DNA of 64,000 bases, from assembly GCA_013239625.1 (NCBI GenBank), contig MU053216.1, positions 1,180,001-1,244,000 on the forward strand, read 5' to 3'. Below, piece after piece: positions 53,601-64,000 of the stretch. The notes under the pieces are model-generated. The model searched no databases, had not been told where the DNA came from, and saw only the letters and a program-made list of their open reading frames with translations. The stretch comes from Lama guanicoe (lineage: Eukaryota). Both the position numbers and the translations under genes were made by a program. How positions within the stretch are numbered: the stretch's first letter is position 1; each line of letters starts with the position of its first letter.

Positions 53601-56332
53601 GACCCCATCTCTGGCCCTGCCCTTCAGAGACCGGGACCTGCACGGCCAAGGCGTCCAAGCCGGGGCCACCAGACACAGGTCTGGCAAAGTGAAAGGAAAG
53701 CCTGGCTTTGAGCCCCGGCTTGGAGCCTGCCCCCTCCCACTGTGGGAACTCAGCACCCCCCACCTCTAATCTGCACCCTGCACCCCAGGAACGGGGTGGA
53801 CACTGGCATAGTGGACAAAGCCTTCGAAGATGCCCTGAGCGCTTGGCCCAAGCTGTTCAGTCTCGTGGGAGTCATAGCAGCCAAAACCGCCTCTGAGCTG
53901 GACTTTGGCAGCTTTCTGAAGCCTCTGAGCCTCAGTGCTCCCACTGTGCCCGAGAGCACGGGCTGCCCTCCAGCACTGTCGTGTCGATGGGCGCATGGAC
54001 ATCGTGCCTGGCCTGGAGCACAAGGACGCCCAAGTAGTCATTCCGTCCCCCCTGCCCTCCCTGCCTCCCAGCCCACAGCCCAGTCCCGCAGAGCCTAGGC
54101 CCGGAGGCGGGGCAGGAGCTGACATCCAGGCGTCCCCGGGGGCCCTCTCTCCCCCTCCAGCATGTCCTGGTGGCTGAGACCACAGAGCCTGGATTCACGC
54201 TTCGGCTCTGCCACTCGCTAGCTGTGTGATCCTGGAGAAGTTAGTTGGCCCCTCTGTGCTTCCGTTCCTTGTCTGTGAAATGATGAGTGCCCCCCTTGCA
54301 GGGTCCCTTTGAGGATTACATGTGTGTATGCGGCCAGAGCAGGACCTGGCACGTAAGGCGTGATTGGTAAACCATGGCTGTTAGCATCAGGATTGCCCGA
54401 GAGCCCATCTCCCGCCCTCTCCTGGGTGGGCGCCCTGCCCTCCGCTTGTCCCCTGTCAGCACCCACCCCGTGCACAATCTCCTCTGTTACTCAGCTCCGC
54501 TGGCTCCCGTGGCTAGACCCGCGGGAGCCGGTTCTCCGGGTGGGGAGAGGGGTGGGGGAGGCGAGGTGTCGGGGAGACCCGCTCAGACCTGTCTATTTGG
54601 GTGAGAGTTCACCAGGGTAAATATAGCCACTTTCCTCACTCCCTCGGGTCATGTTCCAAACCTGGAGGCTGAGGTGGTCGTGGAGACAGATACCAGGGCC
54701 CTGGACACGTGGGGACAGTGTGGCCACGGGGCACCAGGCTGGCTTCCCCAAGCCCCCGCTCACTGAGTGCTGCAGGGGGGCCCGCGCCTGGCTCCCCTCA
54801 AGCCCGCCTCCCTCGTGCGCAAGGAGGAGGGATAGCAGAGTGGGGAGGGACCCAGCCCACAGCTCAGGGCCCGAGAAGCACCATCGTCTTCCTAGAAACC
54901 ACCTTTGCTTGGGTTCCAAGCCCATCTCCACCTGGGACGGACAGAACTTCGGTCGCGGCTGTGCAGCGAGCTCTGTGCCGCCTGCCGCCCGTCTCCGCAC
55001 CCGGCCCCTAGCGCCTCCGTCCACCCCGGTCAGGGCTGGATCGTCCAGTCCCGTGGTGCCCCCAGGCCGCCCTCTGAAGGAGCCTGAGGAAGTGAGGACC
55101 CTTGGCAAGGCTGGGCCTGCTCTCTCGGGGTCCCCAGGGTCCCTCACAGGCTCGCCGCATCGTCAGGGCCTTGTGGGGAAGCAGGCTCCAGGCCGCTCTG
55201 CGCTTGAAACTCTGAGCCCTGGGCACGGTCTCCGTTTGGCTGGTGAGGTGGCCTCTCTCTTCCACCCCACTTCCCACCTTCGAGCTTTAGGAAACAAAGT
55301 CTCATCTACTTAAGGGACGAGACGGGGAGGGCGCCAGGAGGGAGGCAGTCGTCCACACTGTGAAGCATCTTCCAGCAGCGGCGCCCACCAGCCGGCTTCG
55401 CGCACGGCTGCGGGGACCCCACGTTCCCCCACCACCACCAAGCCTGAGCCCCTGCAAGCACCGACCCCTCTCCTTCAGCCGAATCCACTTTGGCTCATTG
55501 AACCCGATGTGCCTGGAAAAGTCAACAGATACGAGTCCAGCGCTGCGTCCCCTCCAGTAAGATTTACGTCCTCAGAGGTCACCGTGCTTGGCCCCAAGGA
55601 AGGAGCTTTGGGCCCCGGGGCCTCCTGTCAGCCCTGCCCCAGACCAGCCTGTGAGGGCCTTTCTGTGGACTCCAACGGGCCTCGGGAGGGGCTGGAACAC
55701 TGGAGGCCAGGCCGCAGTGCCTGGGCAGGAGTTGGGGGCGAAGGGGGTGGCACGGCCCCTCTGTGGCCTGACAGGGAGATGGAGGCAGACAAGGCCCCTG
55801 AGGAGGGGAGCCCAGCCCACTCCCCCCACCTCCCCACAGAGCCCTGGGCCGACCAGGGCAGGGGAGCTGCCTGGATCAGGATGGCTGCCCCTGGGAGAGG
55901 GAGGACTTTGCCCAAAAATAGAGACAGTGGGAGGGGGCTGCAGTCTGAGCCCTGCTTTTTTCAGCCCAGGACTTTGGGAGAGTCTGGCTCCCACGGCCCC
56001 AGGAGCAGGTGCAAGTTCTGTGGATCAAGGTCCCACACCAGGCTCACCTCCAGCCAAGCGCGGACCCAGAGCCCAAGTGACAGGCCTGTCTGTGGAGGGA
56101 CGTCAGGTGACTGAGGCCCATCCTTGTGGGGAGCTGGTGTCGGAGCCATCACTGCACAGCCAGATGGGCTCGTGGTCCTCCTCTGAGGTCAGGGCGCCAG
56201 GGGGCGAGGGGCAGACACGGTCTCCCCTGCTCTGGTGTCAGCCTGGAGTCTAGTATCCCTTTTCAGGAATAGAGGTCGTGAGGCTGCACCTGCCTTTGAA
56301 GTATGCAGCAGCAGAGATTGAAATTTCCTTTG

Positions 56333-56910
56333 TTTATTCATTCAACAAACATTTCTTGAGCACCTACTGTGTGCGGCGCAGTCTGGTGTGCTCTAGAGCA
56401 GAGCTTCCCAGATGACCTGTGAGGAAAGACCAGTTCGTTGCTTTTAAATCTCAGCCAGCTGTGAGCTGCCCGGTGGTCCCTCCACACAGCTTGTGTGTGG
56501 GGGACTTGCCATGTGGCTTTCCTGAGCCCACACTGGTCTGTGGTCCACCTGCGTGCTCGGAGGTCATGGCACATGGCTACGACAGTTCACAGATGCTGCT
56601 TCTCAGAGCCTATACGTTGCTCATCTCAGAGTGACAACTGGCTGACAACCGAGAGAGCGGCAGACACCCACGTGGTTGGCGTGGCTCCAGATGCAGGTGA
56701 CACGGCATCTGACTGTTCAGGTCGGGGAGACAGTCACAAGAAAGAGAAACACAGTGTGGCGAGCGGTGCTCACAAAAACCTTGAGCCAGAAAAGAAGACA
56801 GACGGGGGAAGGGAGGGGACTGGGGGACCCCCGCGATAAGGTGATGTTGGAGTTGGGATGTGAGAGAAAGCAGACAGTGAAATACCCGTGAAAGGCAGGC
56901 CAGGCTGCAG
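56333..56910 (-). mobile_element. L2 3' end, interrupted
   Basis: ttattcattcaacaaacatttcttgagcacctactgtgtgc is the reverse complement of the L2 3' terminus. Confidence 0.7.
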
Positions 56911-58433
56911 GGGCTTGGGGCCCCAGGTGACGCCGATGGCACTGGTCCTATGACGCAGGAAGGGACACGTCCCTCCACCTCCCCGCCTGGGAGGGCCCGG
57001 GCCGCGTGCACACGCGGGGGCCTGGGGCGGGTGTTACGACCCCGGTGGTCCTGGGCCCGGCTGGGGGAGGGGGAGGGAGAGCGGGGCCTTGGAGCTCTGG
57101 GACCTGAGCGAGCCCCTCTAAGGCCCGCGGCCAGCCCCCCGGGGCCGGGCAGCAGGACAGGCAGGGGCAGGTGCGGGCGGCCCTCCCAGGGCAGGGCGGC
57201 CGCGGCCTGTGAGCGCGGCAGCTATTTTGGGCACATTTCCCCTCCCCGCAGCCCCCCTTCCGCCTTGCCCCTGGGGTGGCAGCCGCTTGCAGATTTAAAC
57301 GCTGGCTCGACTTCACTCTGCTGCCTGTGCTCCCCCCGCCCCCGACTGCCCTGGGCAGCTCCTCTGGTGGGGCGAGCGTCCCCAGTTCCCGCCTCGTGGC
57401 GAGTCGGCCACAGTCCCTACACGGGCCCTTCAGTGGAACAGTGCGTCTTGGCTGCTCAGTCCCACATTAGTTTTCAGGAAGGAGAAAGCTCTGGGATTAC
57501 AAGCTGGCAGAGGGGATGAGGGAGGAGGTTAAGGAAGGCAGTCTCAGTCCATCCAGGCCTCAGTTTCCCCCTCCACACAGAAGGGGAAATCATGCTTTCA
57601 GGGAAGTTCTCTGAATACCATGCTGGGAGGTTTCCGGGACCAGAGCCGTGTTCATGAGCCATTGGAGACCTCGTCCCTCGCCTCCCACACCCGCCCACTT
57701 GGAAGCAAAAGTAAATTCTCTTCTGAGTCATCAGTGGGGTGGCCATTAGCTGGTGATGACTCCACGGCGTGCTGGTGGAGAGGCCTGGCTGGGTGGACTT
57801 TCACAGTGGGCGCTGGTGACTGCTGGTGACAGCAGGTTTGGGCTGTGGGGCTCGGGCCTTCTTGTGGGTCAGCTCCGGAGGACTCCGGCCCCATTCTCTG
57901 CAGGTGCTCCTGGAGTCGTGCAGGGTGCAGCCCGCTCCAGGAGGATGGGTCTGTCTGGGGAGGCCTAGGGGGCAGTGCAGAGCTCTCGGAAGCCCCAGGC
58001 CAGGGCTGGGAAGGCTGCAAGGACAGCGGTGTCAGCCTGCAGCCATGATAGAGTGACCTGCTTCTGTAGAAATAGCTTTCTCCTGGGCCCAGAGGAGAGA
58101 GAAGTGTGACCGGGCCAGGGATGGGGTAACTGAAGGACCCGGGTGCAGGAAGGGCCTGGAGGGGTCGGCAAGGCCTTCTGCAGAGGGTGCTGAGCTGAAT
58201 CCCTCGGCTTCTGATCTGCAGGGCCTCCTCCACGCACAGAGGCCCCCCAAGCATGGTGCTTGACCTAAGTGGCCGCCTACAGGCAGCTGGTGTGGGAGGG
58301 CGGGAGGGCCAGGGGAGGTAGAGAGAAATGAGGGGAAGCAAGACCCTGCCCAGCCAGGGAGGGCCATCTGGAGTCCCCAGGATCCCCCCCATCTCCTACC
58401 GTCTGTCCTCAGGATGTGGGAGAAGAAAGATGC

Positions 58434-58895
58434 TGTCAACGAATATTGTCAACAATCTATATTAAGAATAGAAAAGAGTTCTATTTGAGCCAAACTGAGG
58501 ACTAGCCTGGAAGCCTGCTTCCCAGATAATTCTGAGGAGCTGCTCCGGAGAAGCAGGGTTTTCAGCACAATTTTATATCTTGTCAGAACAAAGAGCATTA
58601 CCAAGTCAGGGATACATTCCTTCAAGGGTTCAAAACAGGACACACACAGATCAGCACGTATACCCTGAGTCAGCAGGGCCTCGGCACCTGGGAAGGGAGT
58701 GTTACCGTCCAGGGAGGACCGGCATTGGCGTCCCGGGAGAAGAGGCACTTAATCTTGAACAGGGACGTTCTTCTGCTCAATGCGCCCTTTCGTTTAACAA
58801 TTCAGGCAGATGTAGAGCGTATTTTGATGGGCCACAGACAGGCTGGAAATCAAGGTAACTCATGGTAAGCCAGAATGACCCTCTAAATTTCAACA
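58434..58895 (-). mobile_element. Solo LTR, ERV1-like, antisense in CACNA1S intron 2
   Basis: TG...CA termini; colinear with 7756-8211; minus-strand gatataaaa TATA-like element. Confidence 0.82.
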
Positions 58896-59132
58896 CGTGC
58901 AACTGCCCTTCAGCAGCGCCCAAGCAGGAGCCGCCGGGGTCTTCACATTCGTTGCCCAGACTGTTCATCTATTCGTCCAATTCTAGGCCTTGGAAGTGGC
59001 TTCGGAAAAATACACACAAAAATCCTTCACGAAGTTTGTACTCTAGTTGGGGAGAGAGGAGATGAACTGGATAAAACACATATGGCATTTTTAGCTCAGG
59101 ATAAGTGCTTAGAAGACAAAGTGCGGGCGGAT

Positions 59133-59246
59133 GGGAGGAGGGTGTAGCTCAGCGGCAGAGCACGTGCTCAGCACACGTGAGGTCCTGGGCTCGGTCCCCA
59201 GTACGTCCGTTAAATAAATTTAAAAAACTAATTAGTTAAAAAAAAA
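59133..59246 (+). mobile_element. tRNA-Ala-derived SINE (Vic-1-like), about 200 nt upstream of CACNA1S exon 3
   Basis: ggagggtgtagctcagcggcagagcacgtgctcagcacacgtgaggtcctgggctcggtccccagtac plus an A-rich tail. Confidence 0.88.
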
Positions 59247-59298
59247 GACAAAATGGGAAGGGGAACACATGATATGGCTGGTGGCGGAGGCCTTGTGA

Positions 59299-59583
<285 letters not shown>

Positions 59584-59948
59584 TGAGGCCCGGGCGTGGG
59601 GGCTTTGAGCCCAGCGGGGCTGTCGGGGGGCCCAGGGGAAGGAGGGGCCCAGTGCCGGGCCCACCACTGCCCGCGGTGGAGGGGCCTGGGGCGGGGCCAC
59701 CCCCAGGAGCAGTGGTGTGGGTGAGAGCATGGCCGCCAGGCAGGTCACGCCCGCCCAGCTGGGCCTGGCACTGCGTGTCCTTATCCTTTTCACATCACAC
59801 AAAATGGGAAATGTGAAGGGGGTCCCGTGGCCAGCAGTGGCTGGACGTTCATGAATTTCTCAGCCTTTATTTTCACCTGTTCATTTGCTCCACGGACCTC
59901 TGCTGAGCACCTGTTATCTGGGTTCATGAGGACGTTCATTTCATAACC

Positions 59949-60346
59949 TGTACTCGCCTGCTCAGGCCGCCAGCAAGATGCCGGTCTGGGCCCTGAAACA
60001 ACAGAAGTGGATTTTCTGCCTGTTCTGGAGGCTGGAAGTCCAAGGCCGAGGTGCCCCCAGCTCTGGCTTCTCCTGAGGTCCCTCTCATTGGCTTGCCGAC
60101 AGCCTTCTCTCTGTGTCCCCACGTGGCCCTTCCTCCCTGCATACACACCCCTGGCGTCTCTGTGTGTGCCCGAACTTCCTCTTCTTCCAAGGACACCAGT
60201 CAGATTGAATTAGGGCCACCTTAACAGCCTTGTTTCCACCTAGCACATCTTTGAAGTTCCAAATACAGTCACATTCTGAGGTCGCGCGAGTCAGGGCGTC
60301 AGTATATGATTCTGAGGGGGAGGATATGACTGAGCCCATTCGTGCA
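59949..60346 (-). mobile_element. MaLR LTR (MLT1A/B-like)
   Basis: Typical motifs gttctggaggctggaagtccaag, aaggacaccagtcagattgaattagggcc and ccaaatacagtcacattctgagg. Confidence 0.85.
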
Positions 60347-60369
60347 TTCAGTAACCACCACCTAATTAT

Positions 60370-60585
60370 AATAGCAGCGTTTATCAAGCACTCACTACGT
60401 GTGTTACCTGTGCCATCTCATTTAATTCTCCCACAAGCCTCCTATTCTCTCCATTTAAGGAAACTAAGGCTCAGAGAAGTCAAGCAACCTGCCTGTGGTC
60501 ACACCGCTGGCCAGGAGCAGTCCCAGGATTTGAATGCAGGCACTCTTGCTCCAGAGGTTACTGTCTTACCCACTATGCTGCCCTT
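60370..60585 (-). mobile_element. MIR
   Basis: ggaaactaaggctcagagaagtcaagcaacctgcctgtggtcacac...ggatttgaa. Confidence 0.8.
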
Positions 60586-61266
60586 CTAGTTAATAAAAAA
60601 TTCTATTGATTATCTGCTAACGACCCAGAACAAGGGGGAAGCCAAAGAATTCTGGGAGTCAGCCTCGGCCCTCGGTGAACAGCCCTGGCTGGAGCCCAGG
60701 GCGAGCGTGTGCAGAACAAAGCCGCATGGCGCCCCGCTGTCTCACGCGCGGTGCGGCCCAGGGGTCCGGTTGTCCGTGGAAGGACTCACAAAGAAGGATT
60801 TGAGGTGGACTTCAAAGGATAACGGCAATTTGAGTAAACTGAGGGCAGGGAAGACAGCAAAGGGTTTGTCTGAAGCTCGGTGGGAGGAGCGCCTGCAGAG
60901 AACACCTGCTCCAGGCTTCCTCCTGATGGTTTCTGCCGGAACCGCCGGCCCAGCCGGGCGCACGCAGCCCCGAGGCCTGACTGTTGGCGCCGGGGGCTCT
61001 CATACCTCACCCCGCTTCAGGGCCCAGAGTGGGCATCACATAGGGACCTTCTTTCCACTGAGTCTGAACACGGCCTTGGCATCTCTCCTAAAATTCCCCA
61101 GACAGACATCACCAAATCAGAGCTAGCGGCTGAGGAACCGTGCCTGCCCCGCTTCCCCGGGTCTTTCCACAGGTCCCTTGAGTACAGACGGGACCCAGGG
61201 TCCCTGACCCCTGGGCAGTGGCTTAGCTGGCCGCTGGACTGTGTTCTCTCCCTCTTTCCGCCGTAG

Positions 61267-61409
61267 GGTCTTCACCGTGATCCTGGAGCAGGTTAACATT
61301 ATCCAGAGCAACACAGCCCCGATGAGCAGCAAGGGAGCCGGCCTGGATGTCAAGGCGCTGAGAGCCTTCCGCGTGCTCAGGCCCCTGCGGCTGGTGTCCG
61401 GGGTGCCAA
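61267..61409 (+). CDS. CACNA1S: CACNA1S exon 4 (IS3 end and IS4 voltage sensor [19 protein letters not shown])
   Basis: Acceptor ctttccgccgtag, donor CAA|gtgggt; 143 nt; R/K every third residue. Confidence 0.98.
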
Positions 61410-61568
61410 GTGGGTGGCAGTCTCCCTCCCTCTGCCCTAAGCTGCCTCCTCGTGCCAGTTCTGGGCCCCCTCCTACTTTGGTGTCCCAGAGCCTTCTCGG
61501 GACGGGGTGGGGGGTCACGAGACCAAGAGGGGAGATGAGCCCTGTTTCTCCCCCTCCCTGCCCCACAG

Positions 61569-61721
61569 GCCTGCAGGTGGTCCTCAACTCCATCTTCAAG
61601 GCCATGCTGCCCCTGTTCCACATCGCCCTGCTGGTCCTCTTCATGGTCATCATCTACGCCATCATCGGGCTGGAGCTCTTCAAGGGCAAGATGCACAAGA
61701 CCTGCTACTTCATCGGGACGG
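61569..61721 (+). CDS. CACNA1S: CACNA1S exon 5 (S4-S5 linker and IS5: [22 protein letters not shown] through KTCYFIGT)
   Basis: Acceptor cctgccccacag, donor CGG|gtgagc; 153 nt. Confidence 0.98.
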
Positions 61722-62162
61722 GTGAGCTTGCGGGGCTGGCCGTCGGCAGGGGCTGGGACGTCTTGAGAGGGGTCGCCCCAGGAATGGAGAAGCCCCAGGA
61801 CCAGGTCGTTACTTCCCACACCTGCTGACCTTGGGAGTGGGTTCCTCCTGGACAGGGGAGATCGGAGGAAAAACAGGTCTGCCGGGGTCAGTGGTCAAGG
61901 GGAGAGTGGGCGGGGGCCTGGGCAGCACAGCCCCAGGTAAGTCTGGTGCCTTCGGGCTTTCTGGCCTCTTGTGGGCTGAGATGCAGACTCAGGATCAGCC
62001 TGAACTTCGGTCTGTACTTGCCTCGGAGCCACGGTCTCAGCTTTAGTCCAAGGCGCACAGAGTAGGGTCTGAACCGGACCCAGCAGCCGAGGCCCAGAGG
62101 GCTCATGGTCAGAGATGACCTACGTCGGGGCCCGGATGAACTCGAGCTAAGCCTTCCAAGCT

Positions 62163-62340
62163 AGCAGCTCTCAAACTGTTCGCCCCCAGGACCTCTTCAC
62201 ACTCTCAAAAATGACTGAAGATCCCCAAGAGGTTTTTTGTTTGTATATATTTTGTCCATTAATGTTTACAGTATTAGAATGAAGAGCAATGTCATAATAT
62301 TAATTTATTGATTTGTTTCAAAGGAACAGTAATAAATCAC
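62163..62340 (+). mobile_element. Charlie1-type hAT transposon 5' fragment
   Basis: ctctcaaactg...caggacctcttcacactctcaaaaatgactgaagatccccaagagg followed by AT-rich sequence. Confidence 0.65.
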
Positions 62341-62666
62341 ACCCTAGATGCTAAGGCCTGCTGGGGACACCCCGAAGGGCAGACCCACCCCGAGGCCGGC
62401 TGTCTGTCCAGCACACCCCAGCACCAGGCAGGTCTCCACTGCAGCCTCCCAGACAGAGCTCCCAGGTCGAGCGCGAGGGCCTGCCCACACATCCGCCCTG
62501 TCAGGCCGCTGCCTCCCGTTTCAAAGCTCTGTGGGTACAAATGACCTGTCACACCTGCTTCAGAGGCTGTGGTCCACGGAAGCCACGTCTCCAGTGAGGC
62601 CCTGGGCCTGAGCTGCTGCAGATGCCTGTATCCAGATGCCTGCACCCAGCCTGTATCCATGTCTGA

Positions 62667-63149
<483 letters not shown>

Positions 63150-64000
63150 TGAGGGTCCGCTGCCTCTCTCCACCCACCCCAGGTGGGTGTCGCAGCCTCC
63201 ACTGGGCAGGCCAGGGTACCTGCTGTGTGCGCACAGACCCAGGAGCTCCGTTGGTCCTGGTCTCAGCTCCTAACTTCCCCCTAAGCCCGGCTGGGAGTGG
63301 CTCGCTCCTGACGGCCAAGAATCTCAGATCTCCTGGCGGGGAGGGCCCTTCGAGCCTCTCTTCTTGCTGCTGGGCAAGACCGCTTTCCCGTAGAAATATG
63401 GTTGGATGTCAGGTTCCTCGTCTGTAAAATAAAAATCCCAGCTGCGTCGCAGGGTAGTTATGATGGCTAGTGGGGGGTCAGCTGAGTTACCGGAGCGCCG
63501 CCCACGGCCAGCGGTGCGCAAGCTCTCCCGGTGGACAGCATCACGACTCGGTGTGACTAGGAGCTGGGCTGTGTTTCTCACTTCATCCTCTGACAACGGA
63601 AGGCATTCATCCCATTTTCCAGATAAGGAAACGGAGGCCCAGAGAGGTTCAGAACTTGGCCTCTGTTGGACTCCTGAGCATCAGAGCCAAGCACTGACCT
63701 CCAACCCACTCAGCTCCAAGCTCCTAGCCAGAGTGACCCGCCTACGGGGTGGGGTGGGAGCTATAAAACTGCGAAGTGCTTTGCAAATACACGGGGTTAG
63801 TATGGTTTTCGTCAGCTCAGGGTACAGTGGCCAGTTATTAACATTTTAGGGGACTGTCACGAGTGCTTTTGCCCATGACAAGCCTGCGAGAAGCAGATTA
63901 ACGTCCTTCCCTCATGAGGCCAATGGGACGGTGCTCAGAGATGTAGGCGACTTGCCCAGGGTCACAGAGGTGGTTCCTGGAGGAGCCGGCCAAGTGCAGG

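Overview
This is mammalian genomic DNA, most likely camelid, inferred from six copies of a tRNA-Ala-derived Vic-1-type SINE and cetartiodactyl-type L1 3' ends. It is very GC- and CpG-rich. Three genes lie head-to-tail on the + strand. TMEM9 has 5 coding exons (14724-26869, 181 aa) and a CpG-island promoter with RFX X-box, CCAAT and GC boxes. ASCL5/AmeloD has a single coding exon (43229-43801, a 190-aa bHLH protein). CACNA1S/Cav1.1 is represented by exons 1-6 (45322-63077, codons 1-300) and continues beyond the window. The rest is intronic or intergenic sequence with L1, L2, MIR, LTR and DNA-transposon relics. I found no clearly new biological system, and nearly all long ORFs in the track are GC-rich noise. 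The best leads are: (1) a U12-type CACNA1S intron 1 containing a sense L1 that carries a perfect MEF2 site and a cryptic U12-like acceptor; (2) Cav1.1 S81P, which removes the N79 glycosylation sequon in the alpha2delta-binding IS1-S2 loop; (3) a region-wide AT-to-GC substitution bias reaching conserved residues of all three genes; (4) a stop-free, in-frame 159-nt CACNA1S intron 4; (5) uORFs in the ASCL5 leader; and (6) an inverted double-E-box enhancer candidate. Ortholog comparisons and repeat-family names come from my recollection of reference sequences, not from database searches.
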